Below, piece after piece: positions 18,807 through 28,000 of a stretch of DNA of 32,000 bases. The notes under the pieces are model-generated. The model worked only from the letters and a program-made list of their open reading frames with translations, had not been told where the DNA came from and made no database searches. The DNA is from an uncultured archaeon (lineage in GTDB: Archaea; Asgardarchaeota; Jordiarchaeia; Jordiarchaeales; Jordiarchaeaceae). The position numbers and the translations under genes were made by a program. The DNA is taken from NCBI GenBank assembly GCA_964510585.1, contig CAZECW010000173.1, positions 30,001-62,000 on the forward strand, read 5' to 3'. Numbering within the stretch: the first letter of the stretch is position 1; each line of letters begins with the position of its first letter.

Positions 18807-19568
18807 ATGAATGCTTTGGGTGATCTTTTGAAGATAACTTTTTTGGGTACTGCTGGAAGTATGATTACAAAATCTCGAACTAACCTCGCTGTGCTGGTTG
18901 ACGAGGATTTGCTTATTGATTGTGGGGAAGGAACTAGCCAAAAGCTTCTCGCAATTTTAGGGGATTTATCCAAAATCGAGACTATTTTAATCTCTCATGG
19001 ACACGCGGATCACATCATGGGTATACCCTCTCTCTTATGGGCAATGTGGCTGGTTAATAAGAGAACTAAAGACCTTAAAATAATAGGGCCAGATTATATT
19101 GAAACCTTGGTGACTTCCTTATTAAAGTTGGGGTATACTCCGCTAGATAGGTTAACTTTTAGAATAAATTATGAATTTAATACCTACTCTTATGAAAATA
19201 TTTTTTTCAAAGCTACTCTTCACTACCCTACAAATTTCGCTTACCGTATAGAAAGGAGGGGAAAAAGTCTTTGTTATACAGGAGATACTGCACCTTGCGA
19301 AGGGTTAATAGGTTTAGCTAAAAAATGTGATGTTCTTATACATGAAACAGCTTTTCCTGATGAACTATCAAATTTGGCCCACAAACTAAATCACAGCACA
19401 CCCAGCGATGCAGGGCAACTAGCTTCTAAAGCTAATGTCAGAATTTTAGCTCTATTTCACTGGCCAGACATTTTTGAAGGAAACGAGTCTATTCTTATCG
19501 ATCAAGCCAGAAAAAGTTTCAACGGAGAAATTATCTTAGCTAAAGATTTAGACGTTTTAGAGTTGTAA
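18807..19568 (+). CDS. RNase Z/ElaC-family metallo-beta-lactamase fold protein lacking the flexible arm
   Basis: FLGT, IDCGEG, SHGHADH, TLH, YTGDT, IHET, HST and LFH motifs. Confidence 0.85.
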   Translation: MNALGDLLKITFLGTAGSMITKSRTNLAVLVDEDLLIDCGEGTSQKLLAILGDLSKIETILISHGHADHIMGIPSLLWAMWLVNKRTKDLKIIGPDYIETLVTSLLKLGYTPLDRLTFRINYEFNTYSYENIFFKATLHYPTNFAYRIERRGKSLCYTGDTAPCEGLIGLAKKCDVLIHETAFPDELSNLAHKLNHSTPSDAGQLASKANVRILALFHWPDIFEGNESILIDQARKSFNGEIILAKDLDVLEL

Positions 19569-19637
19569 CCAAACTTTTCAAATTTTTTCATTGACATTTA
19601 ATAAATTTGAAGAAAAGGGGGTTAAATTTTTTTATTT

Positions 19638-19665
19638 TCGCAAAATATTTAAGGTATTTTTGCGA
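19638..19665 (+). promoter_or_regulatory. BRE/TATA promoter of the Lrp gene inside an imperfect inverted repeat
   Basis: TCGCAAAATA-tttaagg-TATTTTTGCGA; the TATA-like TTTAAG lies in the spacer. Confidence 0.45.
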
Positions 19666-19772
19666 TAAATTAAATAGCAAAGCAACAAAATTGAAATTTA
19701 TGCATGGTTTCGAAAGAAAAAGGAACCGTGAAGCTAAACCTGTTTAAAGTGCAAGTGAGCAGGGTGGCGATT

Positions 19773-20222
19773 TTGAAGGTCAAGGATGTAGATAGGAAAA
19801 TACTGAAACTTCTTCAAGAAGACTCTCGGAGACCTTTTAGAAAGATTGCTACGGATCTAAACATTTCTGAACCAACATTGTATAACCGAGTCAAAAAACT
19901 TCAGGAAGAAAGGGTTATCGAAGGGTTTACAACAATCATTAATCCTGAAGCAGTGGGTCTTACGAGTCTAGCGTTTATAATGCTTACGGTAGAGCCTTCA
20001 AAAGAGGAAGAAATTATCAACAGATTATCAATTTTTCCAGAAATTATGGAATTGCACCTTTTATTTGGCGACAAGAATATTCTCGTTAAAGTTCGAGACA
20101 GAGACATAGAATCAATAAGGGATTTCATTACAAAAAAGCTAAAATCAATTGAGGGTTTGTTAAAAGTAGAGTGTTACCTTTCCTTAAAAACCAAAAAAGA
20201 AAGCCACACAATACCCGTTTAG
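19773..20222 (+). CDS. Lrp/AsnC family transcriptional regulator
   Basis: DVDRKILKLLQEDSRRPFRKIA..LNISEPTLYNRVKKL HTH plus an AsnC RAM domain (LFGDKNILVKV). TTG 19773 follows GGGTGG (ORF track starts at 19704). Confidence 0.93.
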   Translation: MKVKDVDRKILKLLQEDSRRPFRKIATDLNISEPTLYNRVKKLQEERVIEGFTTIINPEAVGLTSLAFIMLTVEPSKEEEIINRLSIFPEIMELHLLFGDKNILVKVRDRDIESIRDFITKKLKSIEGLLKVECYLSLKTKKESHTIPV

Positions 20223-20411
20223 AACTTGACTCTCGCAAACTAATTATCATTTTTTATATAAAAGAGTAATATTGACACACCCTACAATTATAATCAGGGG
20301 CTGTCTCGCCAACTGTTTTGTAAACTAAACGTTTGAGATATTTCTCATTGAATTATTTAAAACTCTCGCAATGTTTTTTTGTATAGAACGTTTTTTGTAG
20401 TTCAGAGATTT

Positions 20412-20425
20412 CCGAAAGTTTATTT
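20412..20425 (+). promoter_or_regulatory. BRE-TATA promoter for the R15P isomerase gene
   Basis: CCGAAAG-TTTATTT about 60 nt upstream of the start. Confidence 0.5.
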
Positions 20426-20484
20426 CCTACCTATTGGTGAACCTCATTAGAATCAGTTTAAATTCGATAACATTTCAATTTTAA

Positions 20485-21465
20485 ATGCTGTTTGGAGTTG
20501 ATTTGTTGATTCCAGACGAAGTTAAGAAAATTGCGAACGACATAAAGGAAATGAGAATCAGAGGCGCGGGTGAAATTGCTAGAGCAGCGGTAAAAACACT
20601 TAGGATAACTGTTCAAAATTCAAAAGCGAAAACTGTGGAGGAGCTTTTGGAGGAGCTGAGAACTACTGCTGAAATTGTTATTAATACGCGTCCGACTGCG
20701 GTTTCCCTTCCTAACGGAATTAGGTTTGTTTCTAAGAAGGTAAGAAAAGAATTAGAGAGAAACCCGAGCTTGGAAGAATTAAAAGACACTGTGGATAAAG
20801 CAGTAAAAGAGTTCATAGTAAACTCGCAGAGAGCAGTGCAGCGTATTGGAGAGATAGGATCGAAGAGGATTAGAAATGGGGATGTACTATTAACGCATTG
20901 CAATAGCGCGGCAGCCTTATCAGTCATTTTAAATGCTGCTCACCAGAATAAGGATATCAGGGTCTTTGCAACGGAAACAAGACCCAAATTTCAGGGTCAT
21001 ATTACCTGCAAAATTTTGAGAGATGCGGGAATAGATGTGACTCTTATAATTGATAGTGCAGTTAGACTTTATATGAATAAGATAGATACTGCAATTGTGG
21101 GCGCAGATGCTATTTCATCCAATGGAGCCCTAGTTAATAAGATTGGCACGTCCACGGTGGCTCTGGTGGCTAAAGAGGCCAGGACACTCTTTTTTGTAGC
21201 TGCAGAAACTTACAAATTTAGTCCAGAAACGTTGATAGGCGAACTCATAGAGATAGAGGAGAGAGATATTGAGGAGGTAATTGATAGGGAAGAGTTGGAA
21301 AGAATCGGAAACCCCAAAGTTTTAAATCCGGCTTTCGATATTACCCCACCACATTACATAGACCTCATTATAACAGAGAAGGGAATAATTCCTCCCCAAG
21401 CAGCGTTCACTATTCTTCAAGAAGAATTTGGCTGGTTGTCTGGAGATAAAAAAAGCTTCTTTTAG
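20485..21465 (+). CDS. Ribose-1,5-bisphosphate isomerase (eIF2B-alpha/MtnA family)
   Basis: IRGAGEIARAA, TRPTAVSL, THCNS, ETRPKFQG, GADAI, NKIGT, ETYKF and NPAFDITP; the IRGA..IAR and ETYKF segments favour R15Pi over MtnA. Confidence 0.88.
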   Translation: MLFGVDLLIPDEVKKIANDIKEMRIRGAGEIARAAVKTLRITVQNSKAKTVEELLEELRTTAEIVINTRPTAVSLPNGIRFVSKKVRKELERNPSLEELKDTVDKAVKEFIVNSQRAVQRIGEIGSKRIRNGDVLLTHCNSAAALSVILNAAHQNKDIRVFATETRPKFQGHITCKILRDAGIDVTLIIDSAVRLYMNKIDTAIVGADAISSNGALVNKIGTSTVALVAKEARTLFFVAAETYKFSPETLIGELIEIEERDIEEVIDREELERIGNPKVLNPAFDITPPHYIDLIITEKGIIPPQAAFTILQEEFGWLSGDKKSFF

Positions 21466-21898
21466 AGACTTAAAGTAAATTTAAAAAATCTTAATTTCAC
21501 AATTCAAGAGAAATTATAATCATTTCTTTCTCTCTCACAGCTATAGTTCAAAATTATAGATTATCTTAAAAAACGTACATAAGCTGCGCTTCTTAGACAA
21601 AGAACGAAAACATGTTTTTATAGCAATAAAACGAGTGAAACAATTCTGAACATCAATAATGCGTTTTTTAAAAATTATTATCGGCAATTTTTACTCTAAC
21701 ATTTATTATTGTGCTTAGAGTTTGGAAATTCGGAGAGAAATTATTTTAATTGCTAATAGAAATACTTATCATTTTGTTTAAATAAGTATAATTTATGTCT
21801 GTTGCCCTTTTTGGAACTTAATTATCGAGAATATAGTGAATATTGCTTTGTGCTATTGGATCTATAAATCTTGGGTAAGGTAATGGAGGTGTATTGTT

Positions 21899-22975
21899 TT
21901 GTCTGGGGAGGCTGATAGAATTATTATGGACGCCAAAGCGAAGGCGGATTCGATTTTAGAGATTGCCAAGAAGGAAGCGGAAAACATCATTATGAGGGCT
22001 AAGGAAGTTTCAGAGGAAGCTAGGAAGGAGAGAGAGAAGAATTTTCGAAGAATTATTAAAAATCTCCTTATTGACAATCAAGATGAAGTTTTAAAGGGCT
22101 TAAAGACTATTACTGATTTGGATATTCAATCAGTATATGAGGAAACGAAGAAATTAGTGAGTGCATATAAAAATCATGATTTGATAGATAGTTTTCCTGT
22201 CATAGTAAGCTGTCCCAAATGCGGTACAGGTTTCTTTTTAGATTCTGAATTGGAGGAGGAACTTGTTGAGTTGGAAGGGAGGGTGTTTGGCGCGTTTGGC
22301 TGCCCTAATTGCAACGCTCTTTCTAAATATGAATTTTATGAGGGTAAATTTGTGAGTACTCTCGATAGAGGTTTATCTGAAAAAACTTTTTTGGGCTTTA
22401 AAGTGAATGAACTTCGAAAAAGAGTGGAGGAACTTTTGGCGCCTCTTTACAACGAGGTTATCAAGTTTGGAGAGTCAAAACATTCGGTATTAGCTATACC
22501 CATGGCTGATAAGTGTAGAATGATATTGAGGCATATGGCTAAGAAGAGAAGTGACGAGGAAAAATGGGAAACAAGGTGGAATTGTAGATTTAAAGCCGAT
22601 ATAAATACCACCTATATGTGCTCTCTGGCTGGAGAAATTAATTTTGAAAGCAAAAGGGAAAGCAAAACGGGGCTTATGACTTTTAGTATGCCCTTAAAAC
22701 TGGAAAAATCTTACACTTTGCCAAAGGGGGACATTGAAACCTTAGCTCATACTCTAGCTAACATATTTTCTGAGGCCGGCAAAGAGGCCACATTGCAAGT
22801 ACTCAGTCTATTGGAGCATGCTCCACTGGTTTTGGAATGGATGAGACCATTGAGAAGGGTTATGGCCTTTGAAACCTCGGAAGAAATGGTTCCTTTAGTG
22901 TCTGAGCTTGAACAAAAAATCAAGGAAAGAAAGGAGAAACAGGAGAAGACGGAAAAGCAGCCTTTACGTATCTAG
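21899..22975 (+). CDS. Hypothetical protein: hendecad coiled coil plus Zn ribbon plus unknown C-terminal domain
   Basis: GGAGGTG SD before TTG; three 11-residue repeats at the N-terminus; CPKC-x26-CPNC. Confidence 0.75.
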   Translation: MSGEADRIIMDAKAKADSILEIAKKEAENIIMRAKEVSEEARKEREKNFRRIIKNLLIDNQDEVLKGLKTITDLDIQSVYEETKKLVSAYKNHDLIDSFPVIVSCPKCGTGFFLDSELEEELVELEGRVFGAFGCPNCNALSKYEFYEGKFVSTLDRGLSEKTFLGFKVNELRKRVEELLAPLYNEVIKFGESKHSVLAIPMADKCRMILRHMAKKRSDEEKWETRWNCRFKADINTTYMCSLAGEINFESKRESKTGLMTFSMPLKLEKSYTLPKGDIETLAHTLANIFSEAGKEATLQVLSLLEHAPLVLEWMRPLRRVMAFETSEEMVPLVSELEQKIKERKEKQEKTEKQPLRI

Positions 22976-22978
22976 GTT

Positions 22979-24037
22979 TTAGAGTAACAATTTTTCAATT
23001 GTCTTGGTAAGGATTTCGACTGTTTCCAAAAACTGCTTTAAAGATATTTTTTCGTATTCCGTATGATCTAAGCGAGGATCACCAGGACCGTAGGTAACAG
23101 CCGCAGTTTTGATGCTGTTCCCATAAATATTCATATCACCTGTTCCAGTTTTTTTAATTAGACGGGCTTCCTCTCCAGTAACTTCCCTTATTGAACTACT
23201 TAAGGCACTGACTAATGGCGACCTTTTATCAGATTCATAAGGCTCAGTTTTATCTATTACTCTAATTCTGCATTTTACTCCATTGTTTCCCTCTTTATGC
23301 TCTTGAAGTATGCGATTTATTACTTCATAGATTTCATCACAACTCATCTTGAATGGTATCCTAACCCTTACTTCTGCCATGCTTTGATTTTCAACACCAT
23401 TCAATCGTCCTAATGACACGCTTACCGAATCCATTTTTGATTTGGATTGATACTTTCCTAATTCATTCTTGATTTTCAGCCAAACCGAAATTAGTTCTTC
23501 ATTAGCGTTTTTAACGGTAGGATTTGCGGGATGGCCGGGCTCAGTTCCAACCTCAATTTCAACGTTTAAACTTCCTTTATATCCCACCACAATAAAAACG
23601 GTGTTACAAGGTTCCCCAAAAATTGAGTAGTCTGCCTTTAAACCTTTATTTATTATATGTATTATTCCTTCAGATGTCCCCTCTTCTTGCACTGTACCCA
23701 CAACAACTATACTTCCTTTGATTTTCCTACCCACAAAATTTGCCGCAGCAAGTATAAGGGCGGCTAAAGAGGATTTCGCGTCAACCGCTCCCCGACCAGT
23801 TAATTCACCGTTAATTATCTGTACTGGTAAGTACCCTTCCACTGTATCCATATGACCGCAGAGTAGTAGAGTTGGATTCCCTTTTCCAATCCTACCTATG
23901 ACGTTTCCAACTTCATCTATCTCTGCATCAAAACCCAATTCCTTCATCTGTTGGAAGAGAAATTTTGCAAGTTCCGCTTCTTTTCCCGAGGGACTATAGA
24001 TTTCAAGCATTTTTTTAAGAAAATCTTGAGGCTCCAT
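22979..24037 (-). CDS. lysK: [LysW]-lysine/ornithine hydrolase (M20 peptidase)
   Basis: GHMDTV, GRGAVDAK, QEEG, FGEP, TGDMN and DHT motifs; last gene of the lysW operon. Confidence 0.9.
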   Translation of the reverse strand: MEPQDFLKKMLEIYSPSGKEAELAKFLFQQMKELGFDAEIDEVGNVIGRIGKGNPTLLLCGHMDTVEGYLPVQIINGELTGRGAVDAKSSLAALILAAANFVGRKIKGSIVVVGTVQEEGTSEGIIHIINKGLKADYSIFGEPCNTVFIVVGYKGSLNVEIEVGTEPGHPANPTVKNANEELISVWLKIKNELGKYQSKSKMDSVSVSLGRLNGVENQSMAEVRVRIPFKMSCDEIYEVINRILQEHKEGNNGVKCRIRVIDKTEPYESDKRSPLVSALSSSIREVTGEEARLIKKTGTGDMNIYGNSIKTAAVTYGPGDPRLDHTEYEKISLKQFLETVEILTKTIEKLLL

Positions 24038-24040
24038 TCT

Positions 24041-25228
24041 TCAGGTCTCCAATACCTCCGCCAAAATCTCCGCAGTTTTATCAACTTGTTCCTTTTCAAT
24101 AACTAACGGGGGTAGCAGTCTAAGGGTGGTTAGTCCCGAAGTTAAAACCAAAAGTCCCTTTTCCAAAGATTTTACCACATAATCCTTTACTCTGAAACGT
24201 AAATCGATGCCAATCATTAAACCTAGTCCTCTAACCTCTTTTACAATCTTAGAGTTCTCCCCAATAATCTCCAACTTATTTTTTAAGCGTAATCCCAATT
24301 CCTTAGATCTTTGGGGAAGTTTCTCTTCTATTATAACGTCTATTGCAGCGTTTGCAGCAGCACAAGCAAGTGGGTTTCCACCAAAAGTTGAGGCATGTTC
24401 ACTTTCTTTAAGGGAACCCATAACCTCCTCTCTAGCGATAGTAGCACCCATAGGCACTCCACCAGCAATTCCTTTAGCCACAGCCATAATGTCAGGAGTC
24501 ACCTTCCAATGCATACAGGCAAACATTTCCCCGGTTCTACCAAACCCAGTCTGAACCTCATCAAATATTAAAAGAACATTCTTTTCATCGCAAATATCTC
24601 TTAACTCCTCCAGATAACCGTTGGGCGCAGGATTAACTCCCGCTTCTCCCTGCACAGGCTCCACCAAGACCGCAGCAGTGTTCTCATTTATAGCCTCTCG
24701 AACTTCTTCAGCGTCACCAAATTTTACATGAGTAAATCCCGGAACCAAAGGTTCGAAAGGCTCCCTGTACTTTTTCTCCCAAGTAGCTGAGAGCGCCCCC
24801 AAAGTACGTCCATGGAATCCTTTAGTCATAGCTATAATTTCCTTCTTGCCTGTGTATTTGCGAGCCAGCTTTATGGCGCACTCTACTGCTTCTGCTCCAC
24901 TATTTGAAAGAAAAGTTCTTGTTAGGCCTTTGGGAACTATTTTTGTTATTTTTTCTACAAGTTCCGCTCTGACGTCGTTATATAGTATACCGGAGCAGGT
25001 GATAAGCTTCTCAGCCTGATTTTTTATGGCTTCTACGACTTTGGGGTGACAGTGCCCGGTGATGCCTACTCCATGTCCTGCTACACAATCTATATACTCT
25101 CTGCCTTCGGTGTCCCAGACCAGGGCGCCTTTTCCCCTCACAATTACTACTGGTCTTTTAGCGTAGGTTTGGGCTTCGTAGGTATCTTCTAGAAACATAT
25201 ATCTTTTGGCATTATTCGACTGACTCAT
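24041..25228 (-). CDS. lysJ: [LysW]-semialdehyde aminotransferase (class III PLP)
   Basis: NSGAEAVE, FHGRT, EPVQGEAG, FDEVQTG, AKGIAGG (PLP Lys) and HASTFGGNP; operon context. Confidence 0.92.
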   Translation of the reverse strand: MSQSNNAKRYMFLEDTYEAQTYAKRPVVIVRGKGALVWDTEGREYIDCVAGHGVGITGHCHPKVVEAIKNQAEKLITCSGILYNDVRAELVEKITKIVPKGLTRTFLSNSGAEAVECAIKLARKYTGKKEIIAMTKGFHGRTLGALSATWEKKYREPFEPLVPGFTHVKFGDAEEVREAINENTAAVLVEPVQGEAGVNPAPNGYLEELRDICDEKNVLLIFDEVQTGFGRTGEMFACMHWKVTPDIMAVAKGIAGGVPMGATIAREEVMGSLKESEHASTFGGNPLACAAANAAIDVIIEEKLPQRSKELGLRLKNKLEIIGENSKIVKEVRGLGLMIGIDLRFRVKDYVVKSLEKGLLVLTSGLTTLRLLPPLVIEKEQVDKTAEILAEVLET

Positions 25229-26024
25229 TAGTTATCACCGTACAGTTTTTCTCTTCCAAAGCATTAATGAGGGGGTGTTCTCCAATTCCAGAAGCTATTA
25301 CCACTTCAGGTACACCTTCGCGTAGCGCTTCCAGCGCCGCAAATATTTTTCTCCGCATACCGGGGCCAACTTTTTCCATGGCTTGTTTTGCTTCCGCTAT
25401 GCTTAATTTTGTTATTACCTTCTCGTTTTCGAGAACTCCGGGTACGTCTGTCATATCTAACAGTTTATCCGCTTTTATGGCTCCTGCAATGCTTGCAGCT
25501 GCCCTGTCTCCGTCTACGTTCAGGTTTTCTCCTTCTTTACCGATTGCTACTGCGCCTATAACTGGGACATAACCTGCATTTAATAGTAGTTCTAGAAGTT
25601 TAGTGTTAACTTGCACCACTTTTCCCGTGTAGTCACCATCCATTAGGAGTACCTTGTTTCCCTCTTTAACCTTGATTCTTGGCTTCCTTTCTGCTACTAA
25701 AAGTCCCCCATCAATCCCAGACAGCCCTATGGCATTCAAACCCTCCTTTAATAGAACTGTTACCAGCTTTTTGTTTACCGTACCTGCTATGACCATGGTG
25801 TAAATTTCTGCGGTTTCAGCATCCGTGTATCTACTTCTAAAACCCGTAGGGGAGGTGACGAATTTTTGCTCTTTACCCAGTTTTTGCGCAATTTCGGTGA
25901 CAATTTTTGCTCCACCATGTATTATAACTATCTGGTGTTCCTTGGAGAGTTCTTTTACGTCGCGCGCCAAGGGGGATAAATCCTCGTCAATTAAGCTACC
26001 GCCAATTTTTACTACTATTTTCAT
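25212..26024 (-). CDS. lysZ: [LysW]-aminoadipate/glutamate kinase
   Basis: VVKIGGS, IIHGG, SPTGFRSRYTD (LysZ-type), NVDGDRAA, TDVPG and GMRRK. Confidence 0.92.
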   Translation of the reverse strand: MKIVVKIGGSLIDEDLSPLARDVKELSKEHQIVIIHGGAKIVTEIAQKLGKEQKFVTSPTGFRSRYTDAETAEIYTMVIAGTVNKKLVTVLLKEGLNAIGLSGIDGGLLVAERKPRIKVKEGNKVLLMDGDYTGKVVQVNTKLLELLLNAGYVPVIGAVAIGKEGENLNVDGDRAAASIAGAIKADKLLDMTDVPGVLENEKVITKLSIAEAKQAMEKVGPGMRRKIFAALEALREGVPEVVIASGIGEHPLINALEEKNCTVITNESVE

Positions 26025-26040
26025 TTAATCGCATCCTCGA

Positions 26041-27090
26041 TTAATATGGGTGAAGTCCCGGGAAAGTTAGACCAGTAGTTTCGTCTATACCTTCCATAAT
26101 GTTCATACACTGCACTGCTTGTCCCGAAGCACCCTTAATTAGATTGTCTAAAGCGGAGAGAACTACTATGCGTGGCATGTGCTCATCTAACTCGAATCCA
26201 ATATCGCAGTAGTTGGTTCCAACAACAACTTTGGGATCCGGCAATCGGTAGATTCCAGTTTTCTGCTTAACCAGTCTTATGAACGGCTCATCGCCATAGA
26301 ATTCCCTAAAAATACTCCAAACATCTTTTTCGGTAAGTTCATTTTCCAGAAACATATGTATAGTAGATAGAATACCTCGCACCATATCCACCGCATGAGC
26401 GGAGAACGCGACTTTCACTGACTTCCCAGCTACCGCACTTAGTTCCTGCTCGATTTCGGCAGTGTGCCTGTGATTAGTAACCTTATATGGTCTCACGACA
26501 TTTGCCCTTTCCGGGTGGTGGGTAGACAAGGAAAATTCTCTTCCCGAGGCTGAAGAACCCACTTTTGAATCGATTACTATTCTGTTCAAGTCTACAGCCC
26601 CAGTGCTAACAAGGGGGGCTGCCCCCAGTATGGCGCTTGAAGCTAGACATCCGGGACAAGAAACCAAGTTAGCTTTTTTAATTTCCTCTTTGTGAAGTTC
26701 GGATATTCCATATACCGATTTGCCTAGCAGTTCGGGGTGTTCATGTTTACCATAATAGTACTCATAGACCTCTTGGCTTTTAATTCTGAAATCCGCACTC
26801 AAATCTATTACCCTTACTCCTGTTTGAAGTAGTTCAGGCACTATGTTCATAGAAGCTCGGTGGGGCACGTTGAGAAAGACATAGTCACATTTATCGGAAA
26901 CCCTGTTCACGTCATACTCCTCAAACTTTATCTGGGTTATTCCTCTCAGATTCGGGTGCACACTACTCAAATACTTTCCGGAAAACTGCCTAGAAGTTAC
27001 ACAGGTTAACTCGGCTTTAGGGTGGAAAAGTAACAGTCTTACTAGATCTCCACCCGTATATCCTGAAGCTCCAACAACTCCAGCTCTCAT
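26041..27090 (-). CDS. lysY: [LysW]-phosphate reductase (ArgC family)
   Basis: VVGASGYTGG, DLSADFR, CPGC, HHPER, HRHTAEI and DNLIKGASGQAVQ; ATG 27090 overlaps the lysX TGA (ATGA). Confidence 0.92.
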   Translation of the reverse strand: MRAGVVGASGYTGGDLVRLLLFHPKAELTCVTSRQFSGKYLSSVHPNLRGITQIKFEEYDVNRVSDKCDYVFLNVPHRASMNIVPELLQTGVRVIDLSADFRIKSQEVYEYYYGKHEHPELLGKSVYGISELHKEEIKKANLVSCPGCLASSAILGAAPLVSTGAVDLNRIVIDSKVGSSASGREFSLSTHHPERANVVRPYKVTNHRHTAEIEQELSAVAGKSVKVAFSAHAVDMVRGILSTIHMFLENELTEKDVWSIFREFYGDEPFIRLVKQKTGIYRLPDPKVVVGTNYCDIGFELDEHMPRIVVLSALDNLIKGASGQAVQCMNIMEGIDETTGLTFPGLHPY

Positions 27091-27950
27091 TTTAACATCT
27101 CCAAACAATAATCAATTAACATTCCAGGAATATCTACACCTGTTAAGGGTACAGTTGTGTGATACTCCATCGTGTGATTAACTTCATTAACAAGCATACC
27201 TCTTGGGCTTTCTAATATATCTACCCCATAAACTCCTTCCCCAATAGCTCTTGCAGCCCTTAGACTCAAATCCTCAATCTCGGGAGTTACGGGGCAAATT
27301 TCCGCTCGCCCTCCGAGGGCGGTGTTCGTCCGCCACTCACCCTGGCCGGCAACTCGATAAATGGCAGTAACGACCTCATCACCAATGATAAAGCTTCTAA
27401 TATCCCTATTGTTCACCTTTTCTACAAATTCCTGAATATAATAAATCTGGTAAAGTGCTCCCATAGACTCTCTACTTTCAATTATCGCCTTTGCAGATTG
27501 GGGATCCTTTAACGGAGCAATGAGTCTTCCCCAACTGCCAAATACGGGTTTAATCACCGCAGGATATTTCAGTTCCTCTAAAATCTGAAGAGCTGAATCT
27601 ATATCAACAGCCAAAAATGTTCTTGGGCTAGGCACACCTGCTTTGGTTAGAGCCAGCGTTGTTAAAAGCTTGTCTGCGCAAATACTGGAAACCGCATAAG
27701 AATTAACCACTGGATACCCTTTACTCTCCAAAATTTTGGTGATATAGAGACCCTTAAATGTACTCACCATACGCTGAAGATAAATGTCCGCCTCTGGAAT
27801 ATGATCACAGTTTCCAGTAGCTTCTAAGAAAATACTTTTCGCGTCAATGACTAGCAATTTGACATTTTTATTACGCGCAGCTTGAATTAGTGCCTTCTCA
27901 TCCCATCTCACTCGATCACTTATCATGCCGATAGTTACCAATTCACCCAC
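27087..27950 (-). CDS. lysX: LysW ligase LysX/ArgX (RimK-family ATP-grasp)
   Basis: RWDEKAL, KPVFGSWGRL, IQEFV, RDIR, WRTNTALGG and NEVN motifs; directly downstream of lysW. Confidence 0.92.
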   Translation of the reverse strand: MGELVTIGMISDRVRWDEKALIQAARNKNVKLLVIDAKSIFLEATGNCDHIPEADIYLQRMVSTFKGLYITKILESKGYPVVNSYAVSSICADKLLTTLALTKAGVPSPRTFLAVDIDSALQILEELKYPAVIKPVFGSWGRLIAPLKDPQSAKAIIESRESMGALYQIYYIQEFVEKVNNRDIRSFIIGDEVVTAIYRVAGQGEWRTNTALGGRAEICPVTPEIEDLSLRAARAIGEGVYGVDILESPRGMLVNEVNHTMEYHTTVPLTGVDIPGMLIDYCLEMLK

Positions 27951-28000
27951 CTAGATCTTTTTCAACAATAACAACCTTTTTTCAAGAATGTTAGCGTTAC

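Noticed and set aside
20485-21465. Annotation as eIF2B subunit or MtnA
   Set aside because: The IRGAGEIAR and ETYKF/NPAFD motifs fit ribose-1,5-bisphosphate isomerase better; the lack of adjacent RuBisCO or AMP phosphorylase is unremarkable because these genes are often unlinked.
21659-21749. Possible 29-aa hydrophobic peptide if one A is removed from TTTTTTAAAAA
   Set aside because: Needs an assumed frameshift, has no SD, and AT-rich DNA readily yields hydrophobic frames.
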